This document shows positions 60,810 to 64,000 of a stretch of 64,000 nucleotides of DNA, in pieces; the first letter of the stretch is position 1; each line of letters begins with the position of its first letter. The DNA is from Chiloscyllium plagiosum (Eukaryota). The stretch covers positions 73,422,736 to 73,486,735 of the forward strand of contig NC_057711.1 in assembly GCF_004010195.1 (NCBI RefSeq), read 5' to 3'. The notes under the pieces were generated by a model that was not told where the DNA came from, searched no databases, and worked only from the letters and a program-made list of their open reading frames with translations. A program made the position numbers and the translations under genes.

Positions 60810-62070
60810 AAAGGTCTTGTTTACGGAATATCAGAAACTAGGAAGTAAGTTAAAGAACAGGTCCTTAAGGGTTAAAATCTTTGGATTACTACCTGAGCCA
60901 CGTGCAAACCGGCATGCGATGAGAGAATAAGGGAAGTAAACACATGGTCTGACAAGGGGTTCTTTTCATGGAGCACTATCTTTAGCATTGGTACAGGAGG
61001 GATCTGTACTGTTGAGGGTATAGTCTCCATCTTTAGTGAAAGAGTAAATAGTGTGGTCAACAGGACTTAAAGTACAGGTTGGACAGGGGAAAAAGGGAAA
61101 CTCCAATTATATTGGCCAATGGGAAACAAAGCAGGTTAACATCTCTGGAGTTGGATTCAACTGTATGGGGGAAAAGTTTAAAATACAAAAAAGGAGAACT
61201 CCAGTACACATGTTTGGAAAGGGTTAGGGATCAAAACTTCAAACACAGGATAAAGGATGACAAATAAGAGGGTCAGTAAATATAGGACTGAAGATGCTGT
61301 ACCCAAATGCATGCAGTATATGAAATAAGGCAAATGAACTTGAGGTGCAAATCAAAGTTGGCAGGTATATTGTGCCAGGCAGAGGTGGCTGTAAGGAGAT
61401 CAGGACTGGGAGGCAAATATCCAAGGATGTACATTCTAACAAAAAAGATAGGCAGGTGGGCAGAGGGAGTGGTCTTGCCTCATTAATGAAATCAAATCAA
61501 TAGCCAGAAACAAAATGTAGGGTCAGATGTAGATGTCTGAGGCCAGACTGAGGAATGGCAAAGGTTAAAAAAACCATAATGGGAGTTATATACAGGCCTC
61601 CAAACAGCAAGATGTGGGGCACAAGATACCTTTCTTACAACCTTTCAACCAAGGTTGCAATGATCATGGGGATTTCAATATGCAAGTGGACTGGGAAAAT
61701 TAGACTGCTAGTAGATTGCAAGAAAAAGGGAACTTGTGGAATATTGACAAGATGCCTTTTGGAACAGCTTGTGGCGTTTAGGGAATAGGAAATTCTAGAT
61801 TCAGTGATATGCAATGTGAAAGACTTGATAAGGGAACCTAAAGGTGAAGGAACCCTTATAAAACAGACGATAATGAAGTAATTTATTCTGCAATTTGAGA
61901 AGCTAGATTCAGATGTAATGGTATTACAGTTGAATAAAATGCAACTGGAGGCATGAGGGTGCAGCTGACTAGGACTGACTGGGGAGAGAAGCCTAGCAGG
62001 AAAGGCAGTGGAACAGCAATGGCAGGAGTTTCTGGGAGTAATTCAACAAAAGGTTGAGCACACATTTGAT
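60810..62070 (+). mobile_element. decayed CR1 5' region: ORF1 SGNH-esterase end and ORF2 endonuclease
   Basis: GLLPEPRAN...RIREVNTW...WYRRDLY (ORF1 remnant); LKMLYPNACSI*NK, GRGSG, IMGVIYRPPNS, IMGDFN (EN remnants). Confidence 0.75.
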
Positions 62071-62664
62071 AGATGAGGTGGATTTTTAAAAGAGTCACCT
62101 TGTACGGAGAGGGGAAAGTGGCTTGATGAAGGGACTTCAAGCAGGTAATTCTAGTGTTTGGAACCTGGCACGGCTGTCAATTATGGGTGAAATGTGGGAA
62201 TATGACACTGGGTCTACGGGATGTGGTTGTAGGCTGGAGGAAGTTACGCAAGTTAAGATGGCTGAGGCCAAGAAGAAATATTAAAGGTAATGAGAAACAG
62301 ATGCCTTCAGCTGTCTGGGTCCTCCCTCACTATTTCCCTTTCCTCATTTTATCTCCTTTCTTGCTCAGGATTTTTTGATGATTTTGATAGTAAATGACAC
62401 CTTGTGGCTCTTTTCAATGAAAGATGATTGAAATACAAGTAGTAAATATTCTGTAAAACACACAGGCTACACTATCTTTTAGCTTGCCAATGGTCTTTAG
62501 TGATTTCCTGTGATGTGCCCTGTTCCATTAAAAATATTTCCATCCAAATTTAATGTTTTTCAGGAAAATAGAGGAATAAATAAGGTTGGTGCTGTGATGA
62601 CTTTACCAGTGCAAGGGACAAGATTTTAAGTTAAAATCTGATAAATTGCGATTGATTACCACTT

Positions 62665-63435
62665 AAGACAATAGGTGCAGGAGTAGGCCATTCTGCCCTT
62701 GGAGCCTGCACCACCATTCAATATGAGCATGGCTGATCATTCCTAATCAGTATCCTCTTCCTGCCTTATCTCCACAACCCTTGATTCCACAATCCTGGAG
62801 AGCTCTATCCAACTCTTTCTTAAATGAATCCAGAGACTGGGCCTTCACTGCCCTCTGGGGCAGAGCATTCCACACAGCCACCACTCTCTGGGTGAAGACG
62901 TTTCTCCTCATCTCTGTTCTAAATGGTCTACCCCGTATTTTTAAGCTGTGTCCTCTGGTTCTGCACTCCCCCATCAGCAGAAACATGTTTCCTGCCTCCA
63001 GAATGTCCAATCCTTTAATAATCTTAGATGTCTCAATCAGATCCCCTCTCAGTCTTCTAAACTCAAGGGTATACAAGCCCAGTCGTTTCAGTCTTTCAGC
63101 GTAAGGTAATCCCACCATTCCAGGAATTGACCTCGTGAACCTATGCTGCACTCCCTCAATAGCCAGAATGTCTTTCCTCAAATGTGGGAACCAGAACTGC
63201 ACACAGTACTCCAGGTGTGGTCTCACCAGGGCCCTGTACAGCTGCAGAAGCATCTCTTTGCTTCTATACTCAATCCCTCTTGTTATGAAGGCCAGCATGC
63301 TATTAGCCTTCTTCACTACCTGCCGTACCTGCATGCTTACCTTCATTGACTGGTGTACAAGAACACCCAGATCTCTGTACTGCCCCTTTACCTAAATTGA
63401 TTCCATTGAGGTAGTAATCTTCCTTCCTGTTCCAA
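62665..63435 (-). mobile_element. young 5'-truncated CR1-type LINE
   Basis: Open ORF 62747-63346 (KKANSMLAFITRGIEYRSKEMLLQLYRALVRPHLEYCVQFW...); same subfamily as 4283-4792. Confidence 0.95.
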
Positions 63436-63694
63436 GATGACAATTACTCTAACACTCATCTTTGTAAAGGCTGTTTTAATTCTATCAATCAAATTAAATT
63501 CTGACTGCATTGTCTGCGATTAGAAAATATCACTGTCTTCATTTGTTGCTTCTTTCTTTCCTTCCCCTGGTAACTGGATTTTCCTCAGTAGGAAGAATTA
63601 AGCTCACATGCATATCCATATTCCGATAGCACAGAACCTGTGTGTTGAAAGTTTACTTCTGTGCTAATTATTTCAAATCGAATAGTTCAGTTAG

Positions 63695-63965
63695 AGTCAT
63701 GGAGATACACAGCACAGAAACAGACCCTTCGGGTCCATGCTGACCAGATATCTTAAATAAATCTAGCTGCATTTGCCAGGGTTTGGCCCATAACCCTTTA
63801 AACCCTTCCTATTCATATACCCATTCAAATGGGTTTTTAAAAAAAAGTGTTGTAATTGCAAAGATTTTGCAAATCTTTTCTGAACCCTTTCAACTTTCAC
63901 AACCTTCTTATAGCATTGAGACTAGAACTGCATGCAGTATTCTAATAGTGGCCTAACCAATGTTG
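63695..63965 (-). mobile_element. CR1/HER1 3' fragment with internal deletion
   Basis: gagtcatggagatacacagcacagaaacagacccttcgg (reverse tail) joined to ttttctgaacccttt...gtggcctaaccaatg. Confidence 0.8.
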
Positions 63966-64000
63966 TTTTTCAACAAAGTTACAGAATAGTCAGAGGGAAA

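Noticed and set aside
63435..63690. Penultimate ZFAND5 exon
   Set aside because: No KNRCFMCRKKVGLT-like frame or donor found; the exon presumably lies beyond 64000.

Overview
Vertebrate nuclear DNA, almost certainly a cartilaginous fish (shark). It is saturated with CR1/HER1-type LINE fragments, HE1-type V-SINEs, Deu-domain SINEs, one Rex1/Babar fragment and many Penelope-like element (PLE) remnants carrying hammerhead-ribozyme (HHR) motifs. The only confidently identified host coding sequence is the last coding exon of ZFAND5 (minus strand, 56850-56998), with a ~1.6 kb TE-free 3'UTR and a poly(A) signal near 55225. A CpG-rich promoter/first exon at ~29.7-30.2 kb appears to drive a second, unidentified leftward transcript with candidate non-coding exons at 21546-21612 and 9920-10123. 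The four ~1600-aa ORFs are artefacts of a near-perfect 26-bp minisatellite (~178 copies, 14.0-18.66 kb). The most interesting structures are: (i) small fold-back PLE derivatives with an HHR on each arm, in which the inverted-arm core is damaged in 4/4 cases and the other core is intact; (ii) the minisatellite sitting inside a decayed inverted-repeat PLE; (iii) a 115-bp ungapped direct repeat bracketing the promoter/first exon; (iv) a cluster of PLE/HHR insertions around that promoter. PLE-associated HHRs are an established phenomenon, and I see no demonstrably new protein-coding system. TE boundaries were placed by eye (typically +/-30 bp), and family names come from recalled consensus motifs rather than a database search.
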